A stretch of DNA of 64,000 nucleotides from Theionarchaea archaeon (GCA_018992565.1 JACVGW010000005.1:1-64000); one strand, 5' to 3'; positions 47,271 through 58,335 are shown, numbered from the stretch's first letter. A program made the numbers and translations. The notes: generated by a model not told the origin, from the letters alone.

Positions 47271-49028
47271 CTATGCAGAACAGAAGGTCAGCCCCAACCT
47301 TTTCTTTGTCTTTTCTGTGGGTATTCCGTTTTCATCCCAACCCCGCGCCTTGAAATAGTCGCTTTTCATTCGGGTTACGTCCTCCTCAGATATGAAGGCG
47401 CCGCTTGAGGGTCCCTCTGCAATGGGGGTTGTAAATTTGGCTGGTAGATTATCCATAAATACACCATTTTGAACATTGAACAACCATTCCAGGTTAAATG
47501 TTCTCTCTCCACTAGCAATAAGCTTCTCTGGCGTTAGCCCAATTCCCGTGTAGGCTTCCACCATTTCACACATAATATCCGGTAAGTAGAAGTCTCTGGT
47601 GAATTTGCAGGTTCCCAGAATATCATGGACGGTCATGAGATTTTCCATCCAGGCCACATATCCCTTATCTTCAGATGAAAATCGATCAGCGGTGAACTGC
47701 TGCCATGTACCAGATAATTCCACCGTGTACGCACTGGACCGCAGGTGACAGGCGCCCCTGGGCGAGGTCATAAAAGACAAAGCCATCCCCTTCATGCCCC
47801 TCACATCATAGGCGGGAGGTTCCAACCCTAGTACATGGATTGCATGATAGTGGTTATTGTAGATACGACTTAAGGTACGCACTCCTTCAGCAAGGTTATC
47901 TCCTAGCCCTTCTCTGGTGGCAGTCTTTTTGATTAGTGAAAGGATAGTATCACCATCGCCGAAGGGGATATCTTCTGTGATGACTCCCTCCTTTGAGAGG
48001 CTCATCATGTACCCCAGGATACCTCCCATGGATATGGTATCCATCCCATATTCGTCACAGAGCCTGTTGGCTTCAGCTATCACATTTATGTCATCACAGA
48101 GCAGATTCGATCCCAGAGCAAACAATGTTTCAAATTCAGGATCAGATATTCCCTTGTATACTTTTCCGCAGGCAATCATACACCCGTGGCATCCTGTATT
48201 TCGGGTCACGTCTTTGATCCACCCGGTGGTATCAATCTGGGAGGCTCTGTCATACTGGCTGTGCTCAAAGTTCTCTGTAGGCAAGACACCCCACAGGTCT
48301 GAAAAGGGTATGATGGACTTACCAGTACCCATAGAATGATATCCCTGGTAGGCAGGATATCCTTCCCCGTCTAGAAATCCCTTGAAACATCTTTTTCTCA
48401 TTTCTTTCACGTTCTGGTGATCATACTCAATCTTCCTTGGAGTAACAACTATAGCTTTGAGATTCTTCCTGCCTAGCACAGCTCCTAGCCCTGTTCTTCC
48501 TGCCTGCCTGTTGTCTCCGACGATGGCAGCGAATTTTACCAGGTTTTCACCTGCAGGACCAATACATGCGCAGGACCCGTGGTGTCTCTCTTTGAGGATC
48601 TGTTCACATTCTGAGGTTACTACGTTCTTGAGGGTTTGATCTTCTATGATGGAAATGTCTTCATCAATGAGTATGTACGAGAGGGTTTCTGATTTCCCGG
48701 TAATGGCTATATAGTCTAGCCCGTGGGATTTTACGGAGACTCCTAGAGATGCTCCGAAATAGCTTTCTGCAAGAGCATGTGTTAAGGGGGATAGCCCAAA
48801 GAATCCGCATTTTGAAGTCATGGGGAAGGTGCTTCCATTTAGAACACCAGGCGCGAATATTACCCAGCTTTGTGGAGAGAATGATTGGGTAGGTTTCATT
48901 TTTTGATGAAGAATGTATGCTCCTATGCCATTTCCTCCTAGGAATTGATGTGAAATTGTGTTTTCTATGGACTCATATGAAATTTTCTTTTTTGAAAGGT
49001 CTATAGTGACTCCTTTTCCGTGAATCAT
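47271..49028 (-). CDS. aor: Tungsten-dependent aldehyde:ferredoxin oxidoreductase family protein
   Basis: SPLT, CIGPAGENLV, AGRTGLGAVLG.KNLKAI, CHGCMIAC, CDEYGMDTIS, RGACHL. Confidence 0.9.
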   Translation of the reverse strand: MIHGKGVTIDLSKKKISYESIENTISHQFLGGNGIGAYILHQKMKPTQSFSPQSWVIFAPGVLNGSTFPMTSKCGFFGLSPLTHALAESYFGASLGVSVKSHGLDYIAITGKSETLSYILIDEDISIIEDQTLKNVVTSECEQILKERHHGSCACIGPAGENLVKFAAIVGDNRQAGRTGLGAVLGRKNLKAIVVTPRKIEYDHQNVKEMRKRCFKGFLDGEGYPAYQGYHSMGTGKSIIPFSDLWGVLPTENFEHSQYDRASQIDTTGWIKDVTRNTGCHGCMIACGKVYKGISDPEFETLFALGSNLLCDDINVIAEANRLCDEYGMDTISMGGILGYMMSLSKEGVITEDIPFGDGDTILSLIKKTATREGLGDNLAEGVRTLSRIYNNHYHAIHVLGLEPPAYDVRGMKGMALSFMTSPRGACHLRSSAYTVELSGTWQQFTADRFSSEDKGYVAWMENLMTVHDILGTCKFTRDFYLPDIMCEMVEAYTGIGLTPEKLIASGERTFNLEWLFNVQNGVFMDNLPAKFTTPIAEGPSSGAFISEEDVTRMKSDYFKARGWDENGIPTEKTKKRLGLTFCSA

Positions 49029-49815
49029 GCGTTGAAGTATTTTTTGTGATTAAATAGTTTTCGTAATACGGGTAGGTTCGGATGGCTTCCTAAGGATTGC
49101 TTGAAAGGGTTGGACCCTGGGGAACATATAGCGGACTAAATTGGCCCTACTCTGAAAACAGCAGAGCTTTCATGAGCTTATACGCTCCTCTTTTGAGTGG
49201 GTCGTCTCCTTTTTGGAAGAGCCGTGAGACCTTTCTTGAGGATTCGTCTCTTGCATATTGAAGGTAGTCAACGGTAATTTGCTGGCCTGTTTTTCAGAGG
49301 AATGGACTGAATGATTCTTCTTTCAGCAATTCAAAGAATCTCGATGTAACCTGTATATCTCCTGCACCTGACCATGATTACAAACAGGAGACTCCATCGG
49401 CAGAGTCTTGTATCATTCACGAGAGAAAATGGACATGTCCTTGCTTTCTTACTGGTAAGCAGCAGCCCGGAGTCCCTGGCCTGGAATCTTCTGATGAAGC
49501 TTAGTTCATAGATAACCTGTTACTGCAATGCAATCAAGGCTCATACAAGAACACTTGATAAACAAAAGACACACAAAAGCCTGTTGTGTCATTAATCGAA
49601 CACTGTAATGACTTTCCTCTCCAGTGTATAAGCTCTTGCCTTTTTGCCTTGCATTGATTGCCCTTTGGAAGGCATCTCCAACCACATCACCTCACATTAA
49701 ATTTCACTACCGCTTCAATGGCGGCACCTGTATTTATGGCGTGGCTCTGCTCCGTCTTGTGTATAACAGCCCACTCTATAAGTAAGCTTTAATAGTGACA
49801 AGAAATACCGGTGCC

Positions 49816-50421
49816 ATGATTCACCAGCTCATGAGTTATACCATGGCTTCAAATGTTTTTATTGTTGAAGATGATAGTACTGTCATGGTGGATGCAGGAA
49901 TGGGATTATCAAGAAGAGTCACAGATTATGTGAAAGAGAAAGGGCTGACCATAGATATTCTTGTCAATACCCACTGCCATGTTGACCATATTGGTGGGGA
50001 TAGACTCTTTCCTGATGCCAGAATTTATGCACATGAACTGGACGCTCCCGATATTGAAACAGGTTCTCAGAAGACACTGTGGCATTTCGGGTTTGACAAG
50101 CCCTTTAAATTCCCCGTATTCAAGAGAGTGAGAGAAGGGGATGTCATCAGCACAGGTGATTACAATTTGAAGGTGATTCACACTCCCGGCCACACGGAAG
50201 GGAGCATGTCACTGTACGAAAAAGACAAGAAGATCTTGTTCTCAGGGGATTGTGTTTTTGATATGGGTATTGGGAGAATGGATTTTCCCACTGGGAATCC
50301 AGAAGACATGAAAAGATCTCTGGAGAGACTTCTCACTCTGGATATTGAAACAATTTATGCAGGTCATGGAGGCACTGGCACCAAGGATAGTATTCGCATG
50401 GGGCTGGAATTCTTCTTCTAG
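49816..50421 (+). CDS. MBL-fold metallo-hydrolase (glyoxalase II-like)
   Basis: THCHVDHIGG, HTPGHTEGS, FSGD, AGHG. Confidence 0.9.
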   Translation: MIHQLMSYTMASNVFIVEDDSTVMVDAGMGLSRRVTDYVKEKGLTIDILVNTHCHVDHIGGDRLFPDARIYAHELDAPDIETGSQKTLWHFGFDKPFKFPVFKRVREGDVISTGDYNLKVIHTPGHTEGSMSLYEKDKKILFSGDCVFDMGIGRMDFPTGNPEDMKRSLERLLTLDIETIYAGHGGTGTKDSIRMGLEFFF

Positions 50422-52469
50422 ATGTAGGTTTCTACTGTAATCTCCCCGGACTGTACGAGACCGTCACTATTCCCATCAATCCATCTGACAAACATTAGAT
50501 GATTGTTCTGATACGTGGTCCAGAAATCTGGGTCCCCCACCAAAACAGAACCCGCATAGGTGCCTTCCCAGCCGTAGCCCCATACAACCATGACATTTCT
50601 CCCATTATCTACTCCTAAATAAATCACGCAGGCATCCTGTGCTGGATACTGGGTCAGATCCAGATGAATGGATTCTCCTTCACAGAAGATATCAAATTCG
50701 ACTCCTGGATTGTTATTATAGGTAATGCCCAGTATAGCATCAAATTCATCAGCCACGGGGCTTACAGCAGGTCCTCCCACAATGATGAGGTTTCCTGTAT
50801 CATGCTCTGTCTGGGTCATGATCAAATCAGTTCGTCCCTCTGGATTCTCTGTTAGCCCACCAACGGCCAGCCCATAGGAAATCTTACCAGTACCCAGAAC
50901 ATCGGTGCAGTAGGCCGTATCTCCCACCACAAAGAAAGAATTCGTGCTGAACAGCCCAGGGTAGTCAGCAAAGGTCACAGCAGGAGGATCACCGATGACT
51001 CCCCTGATGCCGATATCCCAATTGTATCCCTCCTGGACTAAATTGTACCAGGTTACCCCATCTGAACTATCAAAGGATCTCTGGGTAATGGGGGTATGGT
51101 CATCAATGGGTACAGGATAATTGTATCCCGGGGTGTTAAATCGAATTGCCACAAAAATGTCATCACCGGAATTAACCTGAGGAGGAGAGGCTAGCCGCAC
51201 GGAGCAGTATCCTGCTTTAGTAGTCGTACCTGATTGGGAGGCTAGCAGCGTATTGAACCCATACGGTCCACCTCCGGAGATATTGTCATAGACATACAAC
51301 TGGTAATTTACCGTGCTGTTAGTTGACCAGAACTCCACACGCTTTAGAATCCCGTTTTTTGGCGGCGTCAGCTGGACAGCACCCCACCAGGTGTTGGTAC
51401 CACTCCCAAATGAATCTTCGTATCCATATTCATCATAGTACACTGTGATTTCACTGGTGTCGTATGCTCTGCTCAAGGTCACTGCGGAGACTGTCTGGCA
51501 GATCATGGCAGCACCATAGGCAATTGCAAAGTACCCATCTTCTCCCCAGGATGTTCCCCAGGAGTTCTTCACAATCCATGCTCCTGTCCCGTGGGAGTGA
51601 GTTAGAGTATCATTCCATCCTATTAAAAGAACACCGTGATTTTCCGTTGAAGGGGTCCACCATTCATACACCCCTCCCGTATAGGCAGAAAATCCGGGTC
51701 CTGATGCATCCATGGTAACGATAAGGGGCCCATAGTCCAGAAGAGCCTGCTTCACCAGGTTGACCTTTGTTGTATCTGCGCTGTCCAGGTTTGTCCCAAT
51801 GAACTTGAAGCCACTCAGTTTCCTTACATACGCACAGGATTTACACAGTGTCCCATCTGCAGCATCATAAGGGGCACAGGTCTCTAAAGAAGCACCAAAT
51901 TTGGTGAGATAGTTGACCGCGATCAACTCGTTTCCCCCTGAGCAGCCAGCATTATACACGTTACAGGATAACACATTTTCCTCTGAGAGGTTGTATTCAG
52001 GCCCTCCCTCTACTAGTATCTTGGATTCCAGTGCTCCAACACCAGAGAAGGCCCAGCAACTTCCACAGCCCCCCTGATTCCTGGGCGGAGTGACCTTTCC
52101 CAGTGTGCGATAATCAAAGATGGAAGGCAGAGCTCGAGGAACATACCCTTGTGGCAGACTCCCATCAGTGATTTCCAGGTGGCTCAAATCTTGGGAGGGA
52201 GGACGGTATCCCATCAGGGTGGCTCTCTCTTCAAGTGGCAAATCATAAACCCAGGTCTCACCCACGGTATACCCATACTTATTGGCGCGTATCATTTCCC
52301 TGATTTCTTCCAGCGTCATGGAAACCATGGGGGCAGCAGGTTGCAGTGGTCTGTCAGGTGCTTTCTGCAATGGCTGACCAGGAGCCCCAACAGGGATTAC
52401 AGTAAGAGAAAGGATAACTATAACCAACAGGGTCAAAGCCCTCATTCGTGTGACTATATTTGTTCTCAT
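50418..52469 (-). CDS. Secreted papain-family (C1A) cysteine protease with a beta-rich middle domain and an S-layer-like C-terminal domain
   Basis: Signal peptide; QGGCGSCWAFS, NHGVLLIGW, VKNSWG; C-terminal NLIIVGGPAV. Confidence 0.88.
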   Translation of the reverse strand: MRTNIVTRMRALTLLVIVILSLTVIPVGAPGQPLQKAPDRPLQPAAPMVSMTLEEIREMIRANKYGYTVGETWVYDLPLEERATLMGYRPPSQDLSHLEITDGSLPQGYVPRALPSIFDYRTLGKVTPPRNQGGCGSCWAFSGVGALESKILVEGGPEYNLSEENVLSCNVYNAGCSGGNELIAVNYLTKFGASLETCAPYDAADGTLCKSCAYVRKLSGFKFIGTNLDSADTTKVNLVKQALLDYGPLIVTMDASGPGFSAYTGGVYEWWTPSTENHGVLLIGWNDTLTHSHGTGAWIVKNSWGTSWGEDGYFAIAYGAAMICQTVSAVTLSRAYDTSEITVYYDEYGYEDSFGSGTNTWWGAVQLTPPKNGILKRVEFWSTNSTVNYQLYVYDNISGGGPYGFNTLLASQSGTTTKAGYCSVRLASPPQVNSGDDIFVAIRFNTPGYNYPVPIDDHTPITQRSFDSSDGVTWYNLVQEGYNWDIGIRGVIGDPPAVTFADYPGLFSTNSFFVVGDTAYCTDVLGTGKISYGLAVGGLTENPEGRTDLIMTQTEHDTGNLIIVGGPAVSPVADEFDAILGITYNNNPGVEFDIFCEGESIHLDLTQYPAQDACVIYLGVDNGRNVMVVWGYGWEGTYAGSVLVGDPDFWTTYQNNHLMFVRWIDGNSDGLVQSGEITVETYI

Positions 52470-52612
52470 ATGTTTTCACTTCCTCTTCTCTTTTTCAAAT
52501 ACCCCTCTTAACGGGGGAATAATGTATCATGTCTATTGAACTGCCAGTATATAAACTTGCGTATCATTATTGCGAAATACGTGAAGATTAAGGCACAGGA
52601 GAAGGTTAACTC

Positions 52613-52858
52613 CTATTCTGCCCGTCTCCTTAACTGTGTATTGGTGGAGGCCAGCATTCTCAACACCATCTCGAAACTCTCATCAGGGGAGAGTGCCTTA
52701 TTCAGGAAAACTCCTGTTCGTCCCACTTTATCTCGTCTCTGCAGNNNNNNNNNNNNNNNNNNNNNNNNNNNNNNNNNNNNNNNNNNNNNNNNNNNNNNNN
52801 NNNNNNNNNNNNNNNNNNNNNNNNNNNNNNNNNNNNNNNNNNNNGTTTGCTTCCTCAT
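52613..52858 (-). CDS. Possible small gene interrupted by an assembly gap (52745-52844); true length unknown
   Basis: ATGA overlap with the cutA stop; open frame after the gap ends ...LSPDESFEMVLRMLASTNTQLRRRAE. Confidence 0.35.
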   Translation of the reverse strand: MRKQXXXXXXXXXXXXXXXXXXXXXXXXXXXXXXXXXXLQRRDKVGRTGVFLNKALSPDESFEMVLRMLASTNTQLRRRAE

Positions 52859-53166
52859 GTAACCACTTCGGAAATCCAGGCAAAGAAGGGATTGAACCCA
52901 TCCCCTACAGGGATTTCCACGATATCTGGTACTTCATAGGAGTGCATCCTTTTAACTTCTTCGATTACAGCACCCACTTTCCTTCTTTCAGTCTTCACCA
53001 GTGCAGCATATTCCTGGGCTTCTTCCAGGTTCTCCTTCCAGATGTACAGGGAGGAGATGGGAAAGAGGTTGGCACAAGCAATAGATTTCTTCTCCAGCAA
53101 CTTCCTGGCAATTGCGCGTGCTTCTTTTTCAGTGCCAGAGGTAAAATAAACAAAAGAATATTCCAT
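52855..53166 (-). CDS. cutA: CutA divalent-cation tolerance protein
   Basis: IACANLFPISSLYIW, VKT, HSYEVP. Confidence 0.92.
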   Translation of the reverse strand: MEYSFVYFTSGTEKEARAIARKLLEKKSIACANLFPISSLYIWKENLEEAQEYAALVKTERRKVGAVIEEVKRMHSYEVPDIVEIPVGDGFNPFFAWISEVVT

Positions 53167-53242
53167 GAAAAAAAGGAGAAAGAGAGCTATATAAAGGTTT
53201 TCACTTTGATGATTGAGAATCGAACCTGACCATGCCTCCTGT

Positions 53243-55249
53243 TCAACCCTTTAAATATGTGTCAAACCACCGGTTCATGTGGTTCAACCGTGCAATACGG
53301 CGATCAGTTCTCCCTGTCCGGGAGAGACCATGGAATTCATCAGGGAACAGAATGAGCTCGGTGTCCACGCCCAGGCGTTTTAACGCTACAAAAACCTGTA
53401 ATCCCTGTTCTTTGTCAGCACGCAGATCATTTTCGCTGTGCATGACCTGGGTCGGTGTCTTGGCATTGCCAATGTACTTCATGGGTGACTGCTTCCAGTA
53501 GTTATCAATATTTTCCCAGGGAGGTTCACTCCCAAATTCATCCTGAAATGCCCAGTTGAAGTCACTGGACCCATACATACTGGTCAGGTTGCTGACACTT
53601 CGCTGGGTGACAGCTGCCTTGAACCGATGCGTATGTCCAATGATCCAATTTGTCATGTACCCACCGTAGCTCCCGCCGGTGACCCCCATTCGATTCTTGT
53701 CAATGTAGGGGTTCTTTTCCATGTAGTCTGCCCAGGCCATCAAGTCTTCATAGTCTACAGTGCCCCACACATTCCAGATACTCTTGGAGTGTGCTTCACC
53801 GTAGCCCTGACCGCCTCTGGGATTGCAGAAATACACCACATATCCCTGAGCTGCCAGGAAGAAGAATTCATGCATGAAGAAATTACCATACTGTACGCGG
53901 GGACCACCATGGATTTCCAATATGGAGGGATACGTCTTAGATTCATCAAAGCCCGGAGGCTTCACAATCCATCCCTGGAGATCATTGCCTGCACTTCCTT
54001 TGAACCAGACCTCCTCTACTTCGCCCAGGTCCAGAGACGTGAACAGGTCTTCATTGACGTGGGTCATCTGGGCCTTGGTTTTCTTCTTCATGTCATAGGC
54101 CCATAGCTGTCCTGGGTCTTTCATGTCACCGCGGAAGTAGGCCAGAACATTCTGAGGTGCATCCAACGTGAAAGCTCCCACCACGCCTGCGTCCTCAATA
54201 ATGGATTCCAGATGATTATCCAACGTTATTGCTCGAAGGACAGTGTTCCCATGATGTGCAACTTGGAAATATATCTTCTTTGAATCATGTGACCAGGTAG
54301 GGGGCGTTTGGGCAGGTGAACCAGGGAGATCATTAATAGTCCAGGCGGCCACATTAAAATCATGTTCGGCAGTCAGGTTCTGTGAAGGGGCAGATCCATC
54401 AAAAGGCACAACCCATAGCCGGGTTGATTTCCATGGAACCTGTTTTCCTTCCTGGCCATAATACGCAATCCATTTTCCATCAGGGGATACCGAAGGATGG
54501 TCTTTTGTCCCCGGTGGTGTATCAACTCTCCGGAAGTCTCCACCTTTTCGTGGTATGACAAAAAGGTCCACTGCATCAGGATCTAGATCAGGGTCTTGGG
54601 CCCGGTTGGACATGAAAACAATATGATTTCCATCCGGAGACCACGTGGGCTCAACTTCATCAAAGATGTCATGATCTGTTATCTGGGTAGCCTCCCCTGT
54701 TTCAGCATCGACAACCCAGAGATGGGAGCGTTCTTTTGATGAGAATCCTTTTCCATCTTCCTTATAGAAAGCACGGGTGATATGGCGAGATACTATTCCC
54801 AGTTTCTTCTTGGCTTCGTCTTCTTCTCGTTCAATCTCCTTCTGGTCCTTCTTTTGGAAACAGCAAACGAATTCCGTACCGTGAGGAGACCATTCATAGC
54901 TCTCAATAGTTCCCTTGAAATCGGTTAATTTTCGGGCTTCCCCTCCCTTAAATGGAATAATGTAGATCTGGGGCTGCTTCTCATCGTCTCTATTTGAAAG
55001 GAATGCGATCTGGGAGCCATCAGGTGACCAGCGAGGAGTAGAATCCGAGTGGTCGCCATAGGTGAACTGAACTGAACTGCCTCCCCCCACAGGAACAGCC
55101 CATAGGTTGTTGTATTTTTTCTCAGTCTTTCTGTCAATTCGCTGCATGGCATATATCACATGTGTTCCATCAGGCGAAATCTGGCAATCAGAAACAAGGG
55201 CAATGTCGTAGAGATCTTCTGCTGAAATGAATCGTTTTTTAGCTGGCAT
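53243..55249 (-). CDS. S9-family acylaminoacyl/dipeptidyl peptidase
   Basis: PD40 repeats (WSPDG), IHGGP, GGSYGG, DLR, EFHG. Confidence 0.93.
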   Translation of the reverse strand: MPAKKRFISAEDLYDIALVSDCQISPDGTHVIYAMQRIDRKTEKKYNNLWAVPVGGGSSVQFTYGDHSDSTPRWSPDGSQIAFLSNRDDEKQPQIYIIPFKGGEARKLTDFKGTIESYEWSPHGTEFVCCFQKKDQKEIEREEDEAKKKLGIVSRHITRAFYKEDGKGFSSKERSHLWVVDAETGEATQITDHDIFDEVEPTWSPDGNHIVFMSNRAQDPDLDPDAVDLFVIPRKGGDFRRVDTPPGTKDHPSVSPDGKWIAYYGQEGKQVPWKSTRLWVVPFDGSAPSQNLTAEHDFNVAAWTINDLPGSPAQTPPTWSHDSKKIYFQVAHHGNTVLRAITLDNHLESIIEDAGVVGAFTLDAPQNVLAYFRGDMKDPGQLWAYDMKKKTKAQMTHVNEDLFTSLDLGEVEEVWFKGSAGNDLQGWIVKPPGFDESKTYPSILEIHGGPRVQYGNFFMHEFFFLAAQGYVVYFCNPRGGQGYGEAHSKSIWNVWGTVDYEDLMAWADYMEKNPYIDKNRMGVTGGSYGGYMTNWIIGHTHRFKAAVTQRSVSNLTSMYGSSDFNWAFQDEFGSEPPWENIDNYWKQSPMKYIGNAKTPTQVMHSENDLRADKEQGLQVFVALKRLGVDTELILFPDEFHGLSRTGRTDRRIARLNHMNRWFDTYLKG

Positions 55250-55345
55250 ACTCTCTCTTGTACAGTTAGCGTTTTAAGGGTTGTGCTTTTACTAAAATTG
55301 GGCTCTAGAATTGGATTGACAGTAATATGAACATCAAAAAAAATT

Positions 55346-56143
55346 CTAGAAGCAGTACTCCACAGGCACTGTGGCAGCTTTAGCGATTCTCTTTCTTAAG
55401 ACAGACTCATAATCAGTCCCTGCCCTGAGAGTTGCATACTTCGGGATCAGTTCTGGGTTCCAGTTGGTGAGTACAGAACGAATTCTCTCCCACGAGGTGT
55501 TGTATAAGTTCATTTTATCTACAATGACGTACGAAACATACTCTTCCAGAATGGAGAATACCGTGGCGATTGCCTGAGGAGTATCTGATATAAATGGTAG
55601 AATAGGTCCAAAAAAGGCATATGTCGTTATGCCAGCCTTGCTGACCTCTTTCAGGGCATGCAGTCTGTCCTGAAGAGCAGAGCTTCCAGGCTCAAACTGG
55701 GCTCTCACCGTTTCATCCAGAGTCGTAAAAGTAAATCCTACCTCACAGGATAAATCTTTGAGAATATCAATGTCTCTGGTCACTAGTGCTGACTTTGTCA
55801 GTATGGAGACAAAAAAGGAAGCATGCTCCAGCTGTGTAAGACACTTCCTTGTGATTTCATACTGTGCTTCCACTGGTTGGTAGGCATCTGTGACACTTGA
55901 GAAGAGGACTCTCCCTTTTTTCAGTGTCTTCAATTGTTTCTTGAGTATTGACGGTGCATTGACCTTTACATCCACGAATTGCCCCCACGGCTCTCTATGG
56001 TTGGTATACTTCTTCATGAAAGTGGCATAGCAGTACGCGCAATTGTGCTGGCATCCCGTATACGGATTGACAGCGTAATCAACTCCATAGATGCGTGATT
56101 TCACCACTACAGACTTGCAGGTGACTTCCGATATCTTCATCAC
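55346..56143 (-). CDS. Radical SAM protein (SplB-like/Rv2578c family)
   Basis: NPYTGCQHNCAYCYA, TDAYQPVE, LTKS. Confidence 0.9.
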   Translation of the reverse strand: MMKISEVTCKSVVVKSRIYGVDYAVNPYTGCQHNCAYCYATFMKKYTNHREPWGQFVDVKVNAPSILKKQLKTLKKGRVLFSSVTDAYQPVEAQYEITRKCLTQLEHASFFVSILTKSALVTRDIDILKDLSCEVGFTFTTLDETVRAQFEPGSSALQDRLHALKEVSKAGITTYAFFGPILPFISDTPQAIATVFSILEEYVSYVIVDKMNLYNTSWERIRSVLTNWNPELIPKYATLRAGTDYESVLRKRIAKAATVPVEYCF

Positions 56144-56307
56144 CTCGGATAGGAGTCTGAGCTTAAAAGCCTATTTGGCACATACCCGCTGGTAGAGACC
56201 CTTCACTGACAGCTCGTGTCACTCTGGAGAGAATCGCATAGAGTATGGGTTTCTGTGAATATATTAAAGTAAAAAGGTATTTATACTCATTCTGGTGTTG
56301 GTTATGT

Positions 56308-57768
56308 ATGACACGAGTCCTGATACTGGGATTTGATGGAGCAACATGGGATCTCATAACTCCCCTGATAGCGCAGGACATGCTTCCTACCTTCAAGAAC
56401 CTCATGGAAGAGAGCACCTGGGGATACATGGAGAGTACCGTGCCGCCCATGACCATACCTGCATGGATTTCCATGTTTTCAGGGCTGCATCCAGAACAGA
56501 TGTGCATGTTTGATTTGAACAAGATAGTGATCAAGGGTGAGATTGTCGAATCACGTATTTTTAACTCAAATGATTCAAAAGGAAACCTCATCTGGGATTT
56601 TCTTTCAAGAGAGAATCTGAAAAGTCTGATCCTGAATATACCAGGGACTTTTCCACCTTACCCGATAGAAGGACATCTCATTGGCCTGGATTACACGCCC
56701 ATGGAAAACTGCACGTATCCAGAAGAACTAGAGAAAGTACTGGAAACAGAGCACGATCTCACAAGAATGAGGGAAAATCAAAAGCAGCTTCATGAGAAAG
56801 AGGAAATTGCCCTAGGGGCAATACAGGAGGAAGAACGTACGATTCTGAGGATTCTGACTTCCTTTTCGGAAAGGTTTTCCTATGATGCTATCTTCATCCG
56901 ATTTGGGATACCAGATCATGTGTCTCATCAGTCAATACGGGACGATGAGATGAAAAAGTGCCACATATTGATGGATACTATGCTGAGAACGGTGCTGGAT
57001 TCTATCGAATACGAGTATCTCTTCCTGGTGAGCGATCATGGAATAAGAAAGGAGGATACTGTTTTCTATGTGAATAGATATTTAGAGAAATTGGGCTATT
57101 CCAGGCCCTCATTTGCGCTCCGCATGTTTGCGTACCTGAAACTTCTTCTTGATAGTATTGTAGGAGTCCAGAAGACGAATCAGGTTTTTGACAAAGTTCT
57201 GCACTTCTTCATGAGAGGGAAGAGCGTTTTCGTGCAGGATAGACTGGAAATGGGTGAAAGTGCTGCTTTCGCATTCTCGGCTGTACCGACTCATTTCTGT
57301 CCCTTCTATGTTGTGGATAAGACCAGAAAGGACGAGATTATTGGGGCGCTGAGAAAGAACAAGTACATCAAGGATATCCAGAAGGTTGACTGCACAGAGT
57401 ATGGACCTTCCGCTATTCTGGAATCCTGCTATCCTATATCTGTGAAACCTTCCTTACGGGAAGTATCTGCTGAATCTCGATGGGTCCATGACATGAGAGC
57501 AATATTCCTGGTGCATGGCAAGAATATTAAGAAAGGATGCAGGCTTGATTGTAGCATTTATGATATTAGTCCTACAGTGCTTCATGTCTTGGGACTGCCA
57601 ATACCTGACATCATGAAGGGAAGAGTCCTCACCGAGATACTGGAAGAAACCTCTGAAATCAGGAAAAGAGATCCCCAGTATGTACCCTCTACGTATTATG
57701 CCCCGGGAGTTGAAGAAGGAAAAATCAAAGATACAATCAAGAATCTGAAGATACAAGGTAAGATTTGA
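56308..57768 (+). CDS. Alkaline phosphatase superfamily protein (nucleotide pyrophosphatase/phosphodiesterase-like)
   Basis: ILGFDGATW, STVPPMTIPAW, DHVSH, VSDHG, DISPTVL. Confidence 0.85.
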   Translation: MTRVLILGFDGATWDLITPLIAQDMLPTFKNLMEESTWGYMESTVPPMTIPAWISMFSGLHPEQMCMFDLNKIVIKGEIVESRIFNSNDSKGNLIWDFLSRENLKSLILNIPGTFPPYPIEGHLIGLDYTPMENCTYPEELEKVLETEHDLTRMRENQKQLHEKEEIALGAIQEEERTILRILTSFSERFSYDAIFIRFGIPDHVSHQSIRDDEMKKCHILMDTMLRTVLDSIEYEYLFLVSDHGIRKEDTVFYVNRYLEKLGYSRPSFALRMFAYLKLLLDSIVGVQKTNQVFDKVLHFFMRGKSVFVQDRLEMGESAAFAFSAVPTHFCPFYVVDKTRKDEIIGALRKNKYIKDIQKVDCTEYGPSAILESCYPISVKPSLREVSAESRWVHDMRAIFLVHGKNIKKGCRLDCSIYDISPTVLHVLGLPIPDIMKGRVLTEILEETSEIRKRDPQYVPSTYYAPGVEEGKIKDTIKNLKIQGKI

Positions 57769-57841
57769 ACCTGATATCTTCACAGGCTGCATTGCTGTTT
57801 CAAAATGCGACTCGCGAGTTAAAAGAAAAAGAAAGAAAAGT

Positions 57842-58111
57842 CTACGCTTTCTTGATTTCTTCGACTACCATCTCTGGGAGGACCTTGAGGAATGAAGCGA
57901 TCGTTCCAAGCATCGAGATGACAGAGCCAACAAACATCAGTATTACACCAAGAATCATCCCGACGAAGGATGCACCTGAATAGGAGGAAGTGACTCCAAT
58001 CCCTGATACGAACGCGCCAAGACCTATTATGATTCCTCCAATGATCCACCATATGATTGAGAATCCTACGACTCCAGCTGCGCCTTTAAACGCACGACTC
58101 CAGCTGACCAT
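57842..58111 (-). CDS. Small two-TM hypothetical membrane protein
   Basis: SD GGTGA, two Gly-rich hydrophobic helices, T-tract after the stop. Confidence 0.7.
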   Translation of the reverse strand: MVSWSRAFKGAAGVVGFSIIWWIIGGIIIGLGAFVSGIGVTSSYSGASFVGMILGVILMFVGSVISMLGTIASFLKVLPEMVVEEIKKA

Positions 58112-58335
58112 GTAATCACCACATCTCATTCTGGAGTGCCCTTATATACTTTGGTAATTAGCTCTTTCAGGCACTGACTTATTCCTGACAACTTTCTCAG
58201 GAGCAGAAGAGATCCGTGCTCCCCCCTGTGTTACAGAGCATGTCTGGATATATTTTGATACAGGGATGATGCAAGGTACAATTGCTGGGAGAGCACGGGA
58301 AAAATAATATATGGATGAATTCGTGATTGAATTGA

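Noticed and set aside
49147..49230. RLFQKGDDPLKRGAY...ALLF as a prokaryotic Argonaute PIWI fragment
   Set aside because: The resemblance is short and the flanking translation lacks other PIWI motifs; it cannot be supported without a search.
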